A stretch of DNA of 64,000 nt from Eledone cirrhosa (taxonomy: Eukaryota): assembly GCA_964016885.1 (NCBI GenBank), contig OZ024745.1:85126001-85190000 (forward strand), given 5' to 3'. The notes under the pieces were generated by a model, which saw only the letters and a list, made by a program, of their open reading frames with translations, was not told where the DNA came from and ran no database searches. Positions 1 to 22,185 of this stretch are shown piece after piece. The first letter of the stretch is position 1. The number at the start of each line of letters is the position of its first letter. Made by a program: the position numbers and the translations under genes.

Positions 1-244
1 TTCACCTTTTTCCTGCATGCAGTCCATTTCACTGTGGAGGGGAGAAAGAGAGACAGTGGGAAGTGTAGGGTAGAGGTTAGAGAGGGAGAGAGGGAGGGAG
101 GGAGATATAACTCCAGTGAGATAAATATAACTCCAGCGAGAAAAAGAAAGAGAAACAGAAGAAAAGAAAAGAAAAGGGGGAGAGAGACAGAAGGGGGGAG
201 CGAGAGAGATAGCGGGAAGAGTGGGCGGGGGGGGGGTCAGAGGG

Positions 245-413
245 AGATATATATATATATATATATATATAGATGTATATATATGTATATATATATATGT
301 ATTTATATATGTATATATATATGTGTATATATATATGTATATAAATATATATGTATTTATATATGTATATATATATATGTATATATATATGTATATATAT
401 ATATATGTATATA

Positions 414-445
<32 letters not shown>

Positions 446-503
446 CGTATATATATATGTATATATATATATATGTATATACATATATATGTATATATAT
501 ATG

Positions 504-536
<33 letters not shown>

Positions 537-549
537 GTATATATATATG

Positions 550-580
<31 letters not shown>

Positions 581-1111
581 GAGTTTGCTGAGATTAAAGT
601 AAGTGAATTTGTCACTACTCTAAAACAATAGCATACGGTCTTCAAAATGCTTTTAATTAAGCATAAAGTGTATTGCAAAATACATTATATATACATCCAT
701 ATATATATTACTATTTCAGAGCTCCAATTCTAATTTTTAATATATATATATGTATATGGATATGTATATGTATATATATATATGTATATATATATATATA
801 CAGTATTTTCCGTTGTATTGTAATATAATTACTCACTGCCACCAAGAATTCTCACTGCTATCGAAAAACCACTCCTTCAACTATTCTTCTAACAACTTCA
901 CCCCTCCATCCTAATATTCTCTATAAAAACTAAATAGGTCCTCAGTAATATTATTCTGATGAAATGACAGTAAATAATAACATTGAAATATTGAATGTCT
1001 GCATAACTAAAAGTTTGTACATAGCAGCTCTTTTAGGTTATGTAACTGTTATAGAAACACGTGTCAATAAATTCCTTTCAACTAAACTGTATACATTCAA
1101 ATCTTTCTATG

Positions 1112-1184
<73 letters not shown>

Positions 1185-1405
1185 GGATGTATATATGCAT
1201 ATATATATATATATGTATATATATATATGTATATATATATAAATATGTGTATATATGTATTTATATATGTATATGTATATGAATATATGTATATATATGT
1301 ATATATATATGTATATAAGTATATATATATGTATAAATATATGTATATATGTATATATATATATGTATATATGTATATATATATGTATTTATATATGTAT
1401 ATATG

Positions 1406-1436
<31 letters not shown>

Positions 1437-1513
1437 TTATATATGTATATATATATGTATATATATATGTATACATGTATATATATCTGTATATATATAT
1501 GTATATATATATG

Positions 1514-1544
<31 letters not shown>

Positions 1545-1585
1545 GTATATATATATATATGTATATATATATGTATATATATATG

Positions 1586-1618
<33 letters not shown>

Positions 1619-1823
1619 GTATATATATATATGTATATATATATGTATATATGTTTATATATATATATGTATATATATATATATGTATATGTATATATAT
1701 ATGTATATATATATATATGTATGTATATCTATATATATGTATATATATATGTATATATATATGTATATATATATATATATGTATGCATATATATATGTAT
1801 ATATATATATGTACATATATATG

Positions 1824-1871
<48 letters not shown>

Positions 1872-1878
1872 TATATAC

Positions 1879-1925
<47 letters not shown>

Positions 1926-2374
1926 CATATATATATATACATATATATACATATATACATATACATATATATATATACATATATATACATATATACATAT
2001 ACATATAAATATATACATATATATATATATATATACATATATATATACATATATAAATAAATATATATATATACATATATATATATACATATATATATAC
2101 ATATATATATATACATATATATATACATATATATATACATATATAAATACATATATATATATACATATATATATACATATATATATATATATACATATAT
2201 GTATATATATACATATATATATACATATATATATACATATATATATACATATACAAAATGTATATATATATATATGTATATATATATGTATATATATATA
2301 TGTATTTATATATGTATATATATATATTTATATATATATGTATATATATATGTATATATATATATATGTATATA
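245..2374. repeat. Degenerate (TA)n / (TATATG)-type microsatellite arrays; representative of dozens of such tracts across the window
   Basis: Directly visible TA repeats with G or C interruptions; this span includes a short non-TA interruption at ~580-1090. Source of the YIYI ORFs. Confidence 0.97.
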
Positions 2375-2720
2375 TACAATATTAAATAAATGGAAAACTA
2401 TATTTATAAAACCATATTTATTTCATTTCGGGGATATCATATTAACAATATGCTATGCCTTCATCAGACAAAATACAATATAAACAGTTTTATATTGTAT
2501 TTTGTTTATATTGTATTTTGTTTATATTGTATTTTGTCTGATGAAGGCATAGCATATTGTTAATATGATATCCCCGAAATGAAATAAATATGGTTTTATA
2601 AATATAGTTTTCCATTTATTTAATATTGTAAATATACTCCAAGTATTTGTCGAGTGCTTTTATATCAGTTATAAATATTTACTAGTTGTAACCCAACAAT
2701 TTTAAATATAACTTTACATG
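2375..2720 (+). mobile_element. Fold-back remnant of a PLE pseudo-LTR (family B) with a stem-III-deleted hammerhead
   Basis: 2375-2486 is the reverse complement of ~2519-2630. CTGATGA at 2538 and GAAA at 2576. Homologous to 57983-58200 and 61190-61309. Confidence 0.8.
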
Positions 2721-2740
2721 TATGTATATATATATATGTG

Positions 2741-2801
<61 letters not shown>

Positions 2802-2992
2802 GTGAGAAAAACCACTGACCCTCCATCTCAACTCACCTTTTGAAAAGCAGAAGAACTTCGAAAGCGGTAAAGGAACCAAATAAATATATAATTTTTTTTA
2901 AAAATAAGACTCCAGTTGCATTTTCGATTTCATCTCTTTTTCTTTATATATGTATGTATGTATATATATGTATATATATATATATGTATATA

Positions 2993-3038
<46 letters not shown>

Positions 3039-3051
3039 CATATATATATAC

Positions 3052-3185
<134 letters not shown>

Positions 3186-3260
3186 GTATATATATATGTA
3201 TATATATATATGTATATGTATATATGTATATATATCTATATATATATGTATATGTATATA

Positions 3261-3293
<33 letters not shown>

Positions 3294-3641
3294 ATATATA
3301 TATGTATATATATATATATGTATATATGTATATATATATATATGTATATATTTATATATGTATATAGATATAGATACACGGGTGTGTATGATTGTGTATA
3401 GAAGATTATATTAATAAGAGGAATTCCAACTTTGTCTGATTTACTCGTTTTATTTACAATCCTTTAAAATATATATATTGGTATTATAATGAAATAGTAT
3501 GATAGAATATTAAATTCTAAGTGTTAATTGAACAAGTACTTTCATGCTTTCGCAATCTTCAGGTTCATGATATGTGGTGACAGTCGAGTTTGCAATTTTC
3601 AACTATATATATATGTATATATGTATGTATATATATATATG

Positions 3642-3688
<47 letters not shown>

Positions 3689-3737
3689 GTATATGTATAT
3701 ATGTATATATATATGTATATATATATATGTATATATA

Positions 3738-3788
<51 letters not shown>

Positions 3789-3879
3789 ATATATATGTAT
3801 ATGTATATATATATATATGTGTATATATATACATATATGTATATATATATGTATATATATATATGTATATTTATATATT

Positions 3880-3911
<32 letters not shown>

Positions 3912-3912
3912 G

Positions 3913-3944
<32 letters not shown>

Positions 3945-3946
<2 letters not shown>

Positions 3947-4146
3947 ATAATAATAATAATTGTTTCTACTTTAGGCACAAGGCCAGCAATTACCCAGTAC
4001 ATTACTGGTACTTTATTTTATCGACCCCGTAAGTATGAAAGGCAAAGTTAACCTCGGCGGGATTTGAACTGAGACTGTAACGGGACGTAGCTATGCTAGA
4101 AAGCATGGCGTCCGACCCTCTACCAATACTGCCAATCCACCGCCCT
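3945..4146 (-). mobile_element. tRNA-derived SINE (cephalopod-type)
   Basis: On the minus strand: A-box-like GGCGGTGGATTGGCAGTATTGG and B-box GTTCAAATCC, with a (TTA)n tail at ~3945-3960. Confidence 0.75.
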
Positions 4147-4567
4147 AATTCCACTGATAATAATAAGAGAATATTATTCTACGACTTCTTTTATACCATA
4201 ACGCTGGTTTTGTCTTTGCGTGGAATTGTTTTTCAGCGCTCCAAATAATGACGTATTATATTCGCTTATTCCCGTTATTTGCCAGGGAACGTTTCCACGA
4301 ACCAAAATATCGTCTTCCTGTCTTCCTCCGGTTGCAACGTTTTTTGAAATACTCACTTCTGCGTTCACAGATTGACTTTGTTAGGTTCAGAAGATCCCGT
4401 TAAGGGTGAAAGCAGCGATTCTTTGCTTCAACTTTAATATGTCATTTTAATAAATATTTGCTCTACGGTTCTTATATATTTGCTATATATTTATCCTTAT
4501 CGAGCCCTCTTTGGATTTTAGTCTTCAAATTTATTATTATTACTATTATTATTATTACTATATATAT

Positions 4568-4716
<149 letters not shown>

Positions 4717-4728
4717 TATATCTAATAT

Positions 4729-4792
<64 letters not shown>

Positions 4793-4951
4793 AGGTTATG
4801 TAGAAGCCTACACATAGTCCGTAGGAATATATGCAGTGGGCACTTATAAATCATCAGTGAATGCGCGTCAAACATCGATATAAAAAAATAAAGTAATATG
4901 CATGCGGGTCAATTAATTCTTTCAATAATTTTAACCTTGCGTGTGAATATG

Positions 4952-5020
<69 letters not shown>

Positions 5021-5087
5021 ATATATGTATATATATATATGTATATATATATGTATATATATATGTATATATATGTATAGATATATG

Positions 5088-5205
<118 letters not shown>

Positions 5206-5221
5206 GATAGATATATAGATA

Positions 5222-5439
5222 TTTCCTCATGCATATTAACGGCAGAGCATACATACTACTGTATCTCTGTATACATATATGTATGTACGTATACATACTT
5301 ATATTTAAGTAACAGCCGTACTAAGAGTAAGAAATGAAATTTCGTTTCATTTTTACCGTTTATCGCTTTCGGTACCCCGGCCTATTAACTCACTCGATAT
5401 GCGAATTAATCTGCTCAGCCGTTAATATGCATAAGGAAA
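5222..5439. mobile_element. Possible MITE with ~28-bp terminal inverted repeats
   Basis: TTTCCTCATGCATATTAACGGCAGAGCA (5222-5249) versus TGCTCAGCCGTTAATATGCATAAGGAAA (5412-5439); 2 mismatches. Confidence 0.5.
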
Positions 5440-5802
5440 GTATATACTTTCAGACGTTCAACCATCTGGCAGGAAGGTATACGTTGCTGACGATAGCTAA
5501 TAAGCTTGAAACTAGTAGAGCGTTCTTTTGTCAGTGTTGAAAAAATGAGCAACGATGGTTGCTAGACACTGTACGGCTTAATTCGGGATGTTTGTGTACA
5601 AACACACCGAGCATTATAATAAATGTTCGGTGAATCCATTCGTGCATATATATGTGTGCATATATGTATATATATATATATACATACTACTGTACGTCTG
5701 TATACATATATGTATGCATATATATATGCATATATATATTAATTTATATATGTATATATATATGCATATATATATATATATGTATATATATATCTATATA
5801 TA

Positions 5803-6468
5803 GATAATTTAATATATCTACTAACATAAGCGCACAGATGTACGCTAATACCAGCAAATACACAGGTTATGTCATAGTACCTAGGTGGTTCAATGCAGGA
5901 GAATGCAGAACAATAATATAAAAGACGTAAAATAAGAAAATATTTAAAAAAAGAATTTTTTTAAAAATTAACTTACTTACTTAAATTAAAAATTTTTTAA
6001 AAAATTAACTTACTTACTTATATTAAATTATCTATATTTATCTCCAAATCACTGATTTGTCGAGCAAACCTGCCAAAACCACTTCTAAAAATTTTTTGGG
6101 TGTGTTAGTAGGCACCTGTCATCTTACCATCCCATTCCTACCGACTAGCCTCTGTGTCACGTGATTGATTCTTTAGAATCGGCTATATGACCAGTGGCAG
6201 TGAGAATTTTCAGTAGCTGGAATCCAGTCGTCGATAGCTGTTCCATTTACCGAATTATTATTATTTTTATATGAGTCCCCAGTGTCCGCGCATCGCCTGG
6301 AGACTCGGCTGAGAATGACCTCCCTGATGACGCAATGAAATTCTCAACAGTTCATTACGTAACTGTCTTTATCCCATTGCAGAAACTAATTAGTTGGAGT
6401 GAAAATTTAAGTAAGTTAATTTAAAAAAAAAAATTTTTTTTAAATATTTTCTTATTTTACGTCTTTTA
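5803..6468 (+). mobile_element. Non-coding hammerhead-bearing element (retrozyme-like), copy 1, with an inverted 5' segment
   Basis: Homologous to 17581-18358; no ORF. 5921-5985 is the reverse complement of 6405-6468; flanked by (TA)n. Confidence 0.75.
6320..6399 (+). ncRNA. Type I hammerhead ribozyme
   Basis: CTCC-CTGATGA-C-GCAATG...CATTGC-A-GAAA-CTAATTAG-TT-GGAG; stems I, II and III all pair; GUU cleavage triplet. Confidence 0.8.
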
Positions 6469-6534
6469 TATATCTATATATATATATGTATATGTATATA
6501 TATATGTATATATATATATATGTATATGTATATA

Positions 6535-6633
<99 letters not shown>

Positions 6634-6674
6634 GTATATATATAAATGTATATATATGTACATATATATGTATA

Positions 6675-6751
<77 letters not shown>

Positions 6752-6833
6752 GTATATATCTATGTATATATATATATGTATATATATGTATATATGTATA
6801 TATATGTATATATATCTATATATGTATATATAT

Positions 6834-7255
6834 ACCCTCCGCCACAGGCAGGGAGGGCAGGCCGGGCAACCAACAAGCAAAGGGCAAAGGCGAAAAGCGA
6901 AATCACCTTCCGAAGGAGAACCAAGCGCAGAGGGACCAGTGGACAACTGTTCAAAAGAAGAACAAAAAGCACCGAGACACTGGGAGCAAAAAAACCCAAG
7001 TAATGTGCAAGTTTTTCAAGAACGGGACATGCTGGCATGGAGAGACAGGGATGGGATGCAGATTCGCCCACCCCAGGTCTCAAATAAACTATGCCCATCA
7101 TACTCGCGCAACATGACCCAGCCAAAACCGAAATAAGCCGCTCCAGAAGTATGCTGATGTCGCGCGTGCCGCACCAACAAGGAGAAGGCACGCACATGCC
7201 GACGAGATACAGATGGCAGCAGCAGATCAGAAAAATGTTTAAGTGATGGCATGTA
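6834..7255 (+). pseudogene. Fragment encoding a CCCH zinc finger, probably a LINE ORF1 remnant
   Basis: Translation contains [23 protein letters not shown] (C-x7-C-x8-C-x3-H); frameshifted, starts at a TA array. Confidence 0.5.
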
Positions 7256-9592
7256 TCTCTTAATCTTGACACTGGCCTATATTACCCTTACCATAAAAAC
7301 AATGAGAACCTAAATTATGTTAACTTTAAATCTAACCATCCTACCAATATCAAGAATGCTATAGTTAGTAATATTGGAAAAAGAATATCTAACATATCTT
7401 CTAATAAAAACATCTTTGATGCTAACGCCAATTACTATAATAACGCACTTTCTAAAGCCGGCTATCCATATAAAATCAAATATAATAAAGAAACAAATTC
7501 TAGAAAAACTTACAGTAGAATAATTAATCATGATCATTCCAATAATTTTAATAAAAGACCTAGATACAAAAACATAATCTGGTATAATGCTCCTTTCTCC
7601 ATCTCTATTAATAACAATATTCCTAAATTATTTTTTAGTGCCTTAAATAAATGCTTCCCTCCCTCACATATCTATAGTAAAATATTTAACAAACACACCA
7701 TCAAATTTTCTTATTCTACATCCTCCAATATTTCCAACATCATCTCTAAACACAACAATAAAATACTAAATACTAAATCTCTTCCTTCCAACATTGAATT
7801 TCATAATAACAGTAATAGTACTCCCGACGACATTGTAAACCCTAGGCTAACTTCTGTAAACCCAAATACAACGTCAAACACAACTTCGCTAAATGTTCAT
7901 AATCCAACTCTAAATCAAGAAACTATTATTCCTATTATTCCTATCGCAAACAACTTCTCCAATCCAATTCCTTCTATAGATAACACTAGGTCACTCATTA
8001 ATAATCTCTCTAATTGCAACTGCCGCATTAAAAATTGTCTCGATAAAAACTTAATTTATGAATGTAAAGTTATAACTAGCACCAATTCCTTCACCTATTT
8101 GGGCTCAACTTCCACCTCTTTTAAAGCTCGTCTCTATAATCACCATTCATCTTTCAAATACAAAATTAAAAGAACCAACACGGCTCTCTCAGAACTCATA
8201 TGGTCCTTGAAAGACAAAAACATTAAATATACCATCTTTTGGAAGAAGGTTTCTCCTGCATCCTCATACATGAACAGCTCTCTATCTAAAATCTGTAATC
8301 TCTGCCTAAATGAAAAATTTACCATTATCTCTAATCTAGATTCTATAATAAATAGACGTACAGATTTGTTTTCTATCTGCCTGCATAAATTCCATAGGAC
8401 TTTTCACAAAGTATACAGTTAATATTCAATTCTTTATCAATTTAGAATCTTTTCTCAAAGGCACATATACATACACCTCTTTAAAATATACCCATCTTCC
8501 TACCTTACTTCAAAGGGCATTATACACTCTATAATACTTGTTTACTCATTACCCTCTTTCTATCTTCACCTTGTAAAATCCTTCAAAAAATATACATTTG
8601 TTTTTTTGACGTTAGAATATTCATCCGCAATTATTATTATTTTTTCTCTCTATCATAAAACTTTTTAATCTCAATTTCATCCTTAATTTATTATTTTTTT
8701 CTCCCCATCTACGAACTCATTCTTAATACATATTAACTCTTTCTTCGCGCATATTATCAATTCCTTCAATATACAAACTTTAACTTCACATTATTTTTCT
8801 CAAATCCTTCTACACACAAACCTTAATAATTTTTTCTCTTCCTTAATTTTGAAATTGCCATAATACTTATCAACATACACATTTTTGACGTTAGAATATT
8901 CATCCACAATTATTATTATTATTTTTTTTTCCTCTCTATCTTCATACATAAACTCCCTCTCTTTCCTCGTAAATATTTTTTCCCTTCGTTAATTTTCAAA
9001 TTCTTTTAATTTATACATTATCTTCCAACGGTTCTCAACGTCTCTATGTAAAACAATATATCTTTTCTCAGTTATAAAAACTATCTCTTTCTCTCTATCA
9101 CCCATCTCTCCCTCTCCACCTTCACTCTCATCTCCTCCCCCTTTTTTCATCCTTTCCACCCCTCCTCCCTAAATAAAATATTTTTTCCTCGTACATATCT
9201 TTCCCTTCGTTAATTTTCAAATTCTTTTAATTTATACATTATCTTCCAACGGTTTTCAACCTCTCTAAGATAAAACAATATATCTTCTCTCAGTTATAAA
9301 AACTATCTCTTTCTCTCTATCACCCATCTCTCCCTCTCATCTCCTCCCCTTTTTCATCCTTCCCCCCCCTCTCTAAATTAAATATTTTTCCCAATATCAC
9401 ACATCAATCTAAATCCACTTTTCATATGTTGATTTAAAACTGCACTATCCACAAGTGTTTTTTAGCCTTCATATCATGTTCTCCTGTTTTATCTGATGAA
9501 AACACAAATATTATTGCATGATGATGTTTGTTTTTGAAATGCGCATAATAAAATACATGGAACTCCTTTAACCATCTTTTGATCTTATATTA
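7256..9592 (+). mobile_element. 5'-truncated Hydra-type PLE (family A): RT thumb, GIY-YIG, 3' UTR/pLTR
   Basis: Reads ...YPYHK..NYVNFKSNHP...[11 protein letters not shown]...WYNAPFS...YLGSTSTSFKARLYNH...CNLCLNEK...CLH; near-identical to 35560-37835 (minus). Confidence 0.9.
9485..9555 (+). ncRNA. Type I hammerhead ribozyme (family A pLTR)
   Basis: TGTTTTAT-CTGATGA-long stem II-GAAA-TGCGCA-TA-ATAAAATA; palindromic stem III. Confidence 0.85.
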
Positions 9593-9681
9593 TGTATACT
9601 CCAGTCCTACAAACTGTAGAGTGCTTCTTATCCGATATCTGCATTGCATTGCTTTATTGTACTACAATAAAACTCACCTCC

Positions 9682-9781
<100 letters not shown>

Positions 9782-9811
9782 GTGTATATATGTATATATA
9801 TGTATATATAC

Positions 9812-9871
<60 letters not shown>

Positions 9872-9993
9872 ATGTGTATATATGTATATGTATATATATA
9901 TATATGTATATGTAGATATATATATTGTATATGTATATATATATATGTATATATATATATGTATATATATGTATATGTGTATATATGTATATG

Positions 9994-10025
<32 letters not shown>

Positions 10026-10131
10026 TGTATACGTGTATATATGTATATCTATATATATATATATATATGCGTATATATATAAATGTATATATATATATAT
10101 ATGTATATATATATGTATATATATATATATA

Positions 10132-10362
<231 letters not shown>

Positions 10363-10429
10363 ATTTATATATATGTATATATATATGCATACATATATAT
10401 GTATATATATGTATATATATATATGTATG

Positions 10430-10463
<34 letters not shown>

Positions 10464-10551
10464 TATGTACATATATATATATGTATATATATATGTATAT
10501 ATCTATATATGTATAAGTATATATATATATGTATATGTATATATATATATG

Positions 10552-10606
<55 letters not shown>

Positions 10607-10641
10607 GTATATATATGTATATATATATATATATATGTATA

Positions 10642-16802
<6,161 letters not shown>

Positions 16803-16873
16803 ATATATGTATATATATATATGTGTATATATAAATATATGTATATATATATATGTATATTTATATATATATG

Positions 16874-17002
<129 letters not shown>

Positions 17003-17011
17003 GTATATATG

Positions 17012-17046
<35 letters not shown>

Positions 17047-17056
17047 ATATATAAAA

Positions 17057-17350
17057 CTCAGATCTGTATGGGAGCATCCCAAAAGTCAGCTCAAAAGTGA
17101 CACAGAGGAGACTGAGGTTGGCTGGACATGCTCACCGACATCCAGAGTTGACATTGCACTCAGTGCTCCTGTGGGAGCCCCTACATGGACACACTAGAAG
17201 CGGAAGACCAAGGTTAACGTATGTTGATGCCCTAAAGACAGACACTGGTCTGTTGGAGATGCAGGACATGGCAGCGATAATGAGGGACAGAGACTGCTGG
17301 AGAGAACTCGTCCATGGATCTCGGGAATTTTACCCGCCTTAGATAGATAG
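17057..17350 (+). mobile_element. RTE-clade LINE 3' fragment
   Basis: [12 protein letters not shown]...LLWEP..G...GRPRLTYVD...MRDRDCWR, followed by a (TAGA)n tail. Confidence 0.8.
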
Positions 17351-17365
17351 ATGTATATATATATG

Positions 17366-18358
<993 letters not shown>

Positions 18359-18398
18359 TATATATGTATATATATATTTATATATGTATATATATCTG

Positions 18399-18431
<33 letters not shown>

Positions 18432-18549
18432 GTATATATAGATATATATATATATATGTGTATATATATATATATATATGTGTATATATATATATATATG
18501 TATATGAATATGTATCTATATATGTATATGTATATGTATATGTATATAT

Positions 18550-19862
18550 CACTACGACTGGGTACTGAAACAACTACTAGACAGCTCACATGTGGACGTG
18601 AAATATCTTGACTTTGCGAAGGCCTTTGACAAGGTCGACCACGGAATGATATGTCACAAATTACACGGACTCGGCATGACTGGAATAGTAGATGAGTGGC
18701 TGCATGACTTCCTAAAGGACAGAAGCCAGGCAGTCGCAGCAAATGGGCAATCTCAAAGGAGACACCAATAACAAGTGAGGTGCCCCAGGGGACAGTCCTG
18801 GGACCACTACTGTTTTTGGTGGCTCTCTCAGACATGCCCTCTGTAGTACATACAACAACATCCCTCACTAGCTATGCTGATGAAACTAAGCTAGCACAGG
18901 CAATCCAAAACCCGGCTGACGCTGCCCTTTTACAGCAGGATCTGGATGCCATATACAAATGGGCGGAAGAAAACAACATGCAGTTTAATGCTGGCAAATT
19001 CTAAGCCATACAATACAAACCTCCAAAAAAACCTGCAAACACAAATATAGTACAACGCAACTATACAAGACCAGGAGGTCCCAATATCCCCGTGTCAAAA
19101 TCGATACGAGACCTGGGCATAAACATGGGCGATGATGCATATTTTTCTTCACACATCATGAAAGTGGCGACAATGTGCAGACGACTCGCTGGCTGGATCT
19201 TGAGGTATTTCCGAACAAGAGATCGGGACACCATGTTGACACTATGGAGGACATTTGTCCTAAGCCGCCTGGACTACTGCTCCCAGTTGTGGTCACCCCA
19301 TAGTGTCAAACTAACCACGGAGCTTGAGGCAATCCAGCGAAGCTACACCAAGAGTATTGCCACGATGAGGGAGACAAGCTACTGCGAGAGGCTGAAGGAA
19401 CTGAACCTCTACTCCTTGGAACGAAGACGGGAGAGATATGCAGTGATCTACATGTGGAAAATCCTGGAGGGACTAGCACCAAACGTTGGCATTGGGAGCT
19501 GGACCAACCGTCAAACAGGACGTCACTGTGTGGTGCCAAAGGTCCCGTCTTCCACATCTAGAATAAGGAGCAGGTATTGCAATAGCCTGGGATTCAAGGG
19601 CCCTCATCTCTTCAACAAGCTGCCGAGGGATCTGAGAGATTTGCATGACGTGGAGGTGGATGTCTTCAAGAAACAGCTCGGCACCTTGTTATCCAGGATC
19701 CCGGATGAGCCCACAGCAAGACACGAGGGAAACCTAAGGGCAGCAGCAACAAACTCCCTCTTACACCAGTGGCCAACCTATATAGGCTGGAGATAAAATG
19801 TGTAGCAACAAGGGCGGTGCCCCAGCATGGCCTCAGCCGGATGGCTGAAACAGGTAAAAGAG
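18550..19862 (+). mobile_element. 5'-truncated CR1/L2-group LINE (RT core and 3' tail), degenerate
   Basis: [58 protein letters not shown]; tail GGCGGTGCCCCAGCATGGCC...GCTGAAAC. Confidence 0.9.
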
Positions 19863-19886
19863 TATATATATATACGTATATATATA

Positions 19887-19917
<31 letters not shown>

Positions 19918-20014
19918 GTATATTTATATATATATATGTATATATATATATGTATATATATAAATATCTATAGATATATATATGTATATATATATATATA
20001 TATGTATATATATC

Positions 20015-20085
<71 letters not shown>

Positions 20086-20593
20086 GGATATATATGTGTA
20101 TATATATATATGTATATATAAATATATGTATATATATATATGTATATATATGTATATGTGTATATATGTATATGTATGTATATGCGTATATATATATATA
20201 TATATATTGTATGTGTATATATATATGTATATATATATATTGTATATATATATATATGTGTATATATATATATATTGTATATATATAGATATATATATGT
20301 ATATGTGTATATATGTATATATGTATATACGTATATGTGTATATATGTATGTGTATATATGTATATGTATATATATATGTATATGTATATATATATGTAT
20401 ATATATATGTATATATATATATGTATGCATATATATGTATATATATATGTATATATATATATGTAGTATATATATGTATATATATATAAGTATATATATA
20501 TATGTATATATATATGTATATATATATGTGTATATAAATGTATATATATATATGTATATATATATGTAGTATATATATGTATATATATATATG

Positions 20594-20624
<31 letters not shown>

Positions 20625-21114
20625 GTAGTATATATATGTAGTATGTATATGTATATATATGTATATATATATATGTATATATATATATATGTATATATAT
20701 GTATATATATATATGTATATATATATATGTAGTATATATATATATGTATATATATATATGTATATATATATATGTATACATATATATGTATATATTTATA
20801 TATATATATGTATATATATGTATATATTATATATATGTATATATATGTATATATATATGTATATATATATATGTAGTATATATATGTATATATATATGTA
20901 TATATGTGTATATATATGTATACATATATATATGTATATGTATATATATATATATGTATATATATATGTATATATATGTATATATATGTATATATATATG
21001 TATATATATATGTATATATATATATGTATATATATATGTATATATATATATGTATGTATATAAATATATATATATATGTATATATATATATATGTATGTA
21101 TATATGTATATATG

Positions 21115-21145
<31 letters not shown>

Positions 21146-21231
21146 GTATATATATATATATGTGTATATATATATATATGTGTATATATATATATATGTA
21201 TATATATATTTATATATATATATATAAGTAC

Positions 21232-21263
<32 letters not shown>

Positions 21264-21321
21264 TATATATATATATATATATACATGTAACGGTATATAT
21301 ATATATATATGTATATATATA

Positions 21322-21404
<83 letters not shown>

Positions 21405-21417
21405 ATATACAAATATG

Positions 21418-21457
<40 letters not shown>

Positions 21458-21507
21458 TGTATATACGATATATTAACAAATGGAAACTATATTTATTAAA
21501 CCATATT

Positions 21508-21572
21508 TATTTCATTATACATATTTCAAGGGTTCCAAGTCAAAATATGGTGCGCTTTCATCAGATAAGATA
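21508..21572 (-). ncRNA. Type I hammerhead ribozyme (family B-related pLTR fragment)
   Basis: Minus strand: TATCTTAT-CTGATGA-AAG...CTT-GAAA-TATGTA-TA-ATGAAATA. Confidence 0.7.
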
Positions 21573-21694
21573 TAATATAGATTACTTTTATAAATAAATA
21601 TTGTCATACCCTAAAAGAATGCGACCCGTATATATATATATATATGTATATATATACGTATATATATATATATGTATATATATATATTTATATG

Positions 21695-21725
<31 letters not shown>

Positions 21726-21946
21726 GTATATATATGTATATATGTATATATGTAAATATATATATATATTGTATATGTATATATTTATGTGTATATATAT
21801 ATATATATTGTGTATATATATATATATGTATATATATAAATATCTATAGATATATATATGTATATATATATATATATGTATATATATCTATATGTATATA
21901 TATATATATGTATATATATATGTATATATATATATATATGGATATA

Positions 21947-21984
<38 letters not shown>

Positions 21985-22153
21985 TATGTATATATATATA
22001 TCTATGTATATATATGTATATGTGTATATATGTATATATATGTATATGCGTATATATATATATATATATTGTATATGTATATATATATGTATATATATAT
22101 ATATATATATTGTACATATATATATATATATGTGTATATATATATATATATTG

Positions 22154-22185
<32 letters not shown>

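Noticed and set aside
950-1010. CTGATGA-AATG...CATT-GAAA hammerhead-like motif
   Set aside because: Stem I does not close convincingly; at best a decayed relic.
4174-4368. 64-aa minus-strand ORF in unique-looking DNA (possible host exon)
   Set aside because: No recognisable domain, GTG start and no clear splice context.
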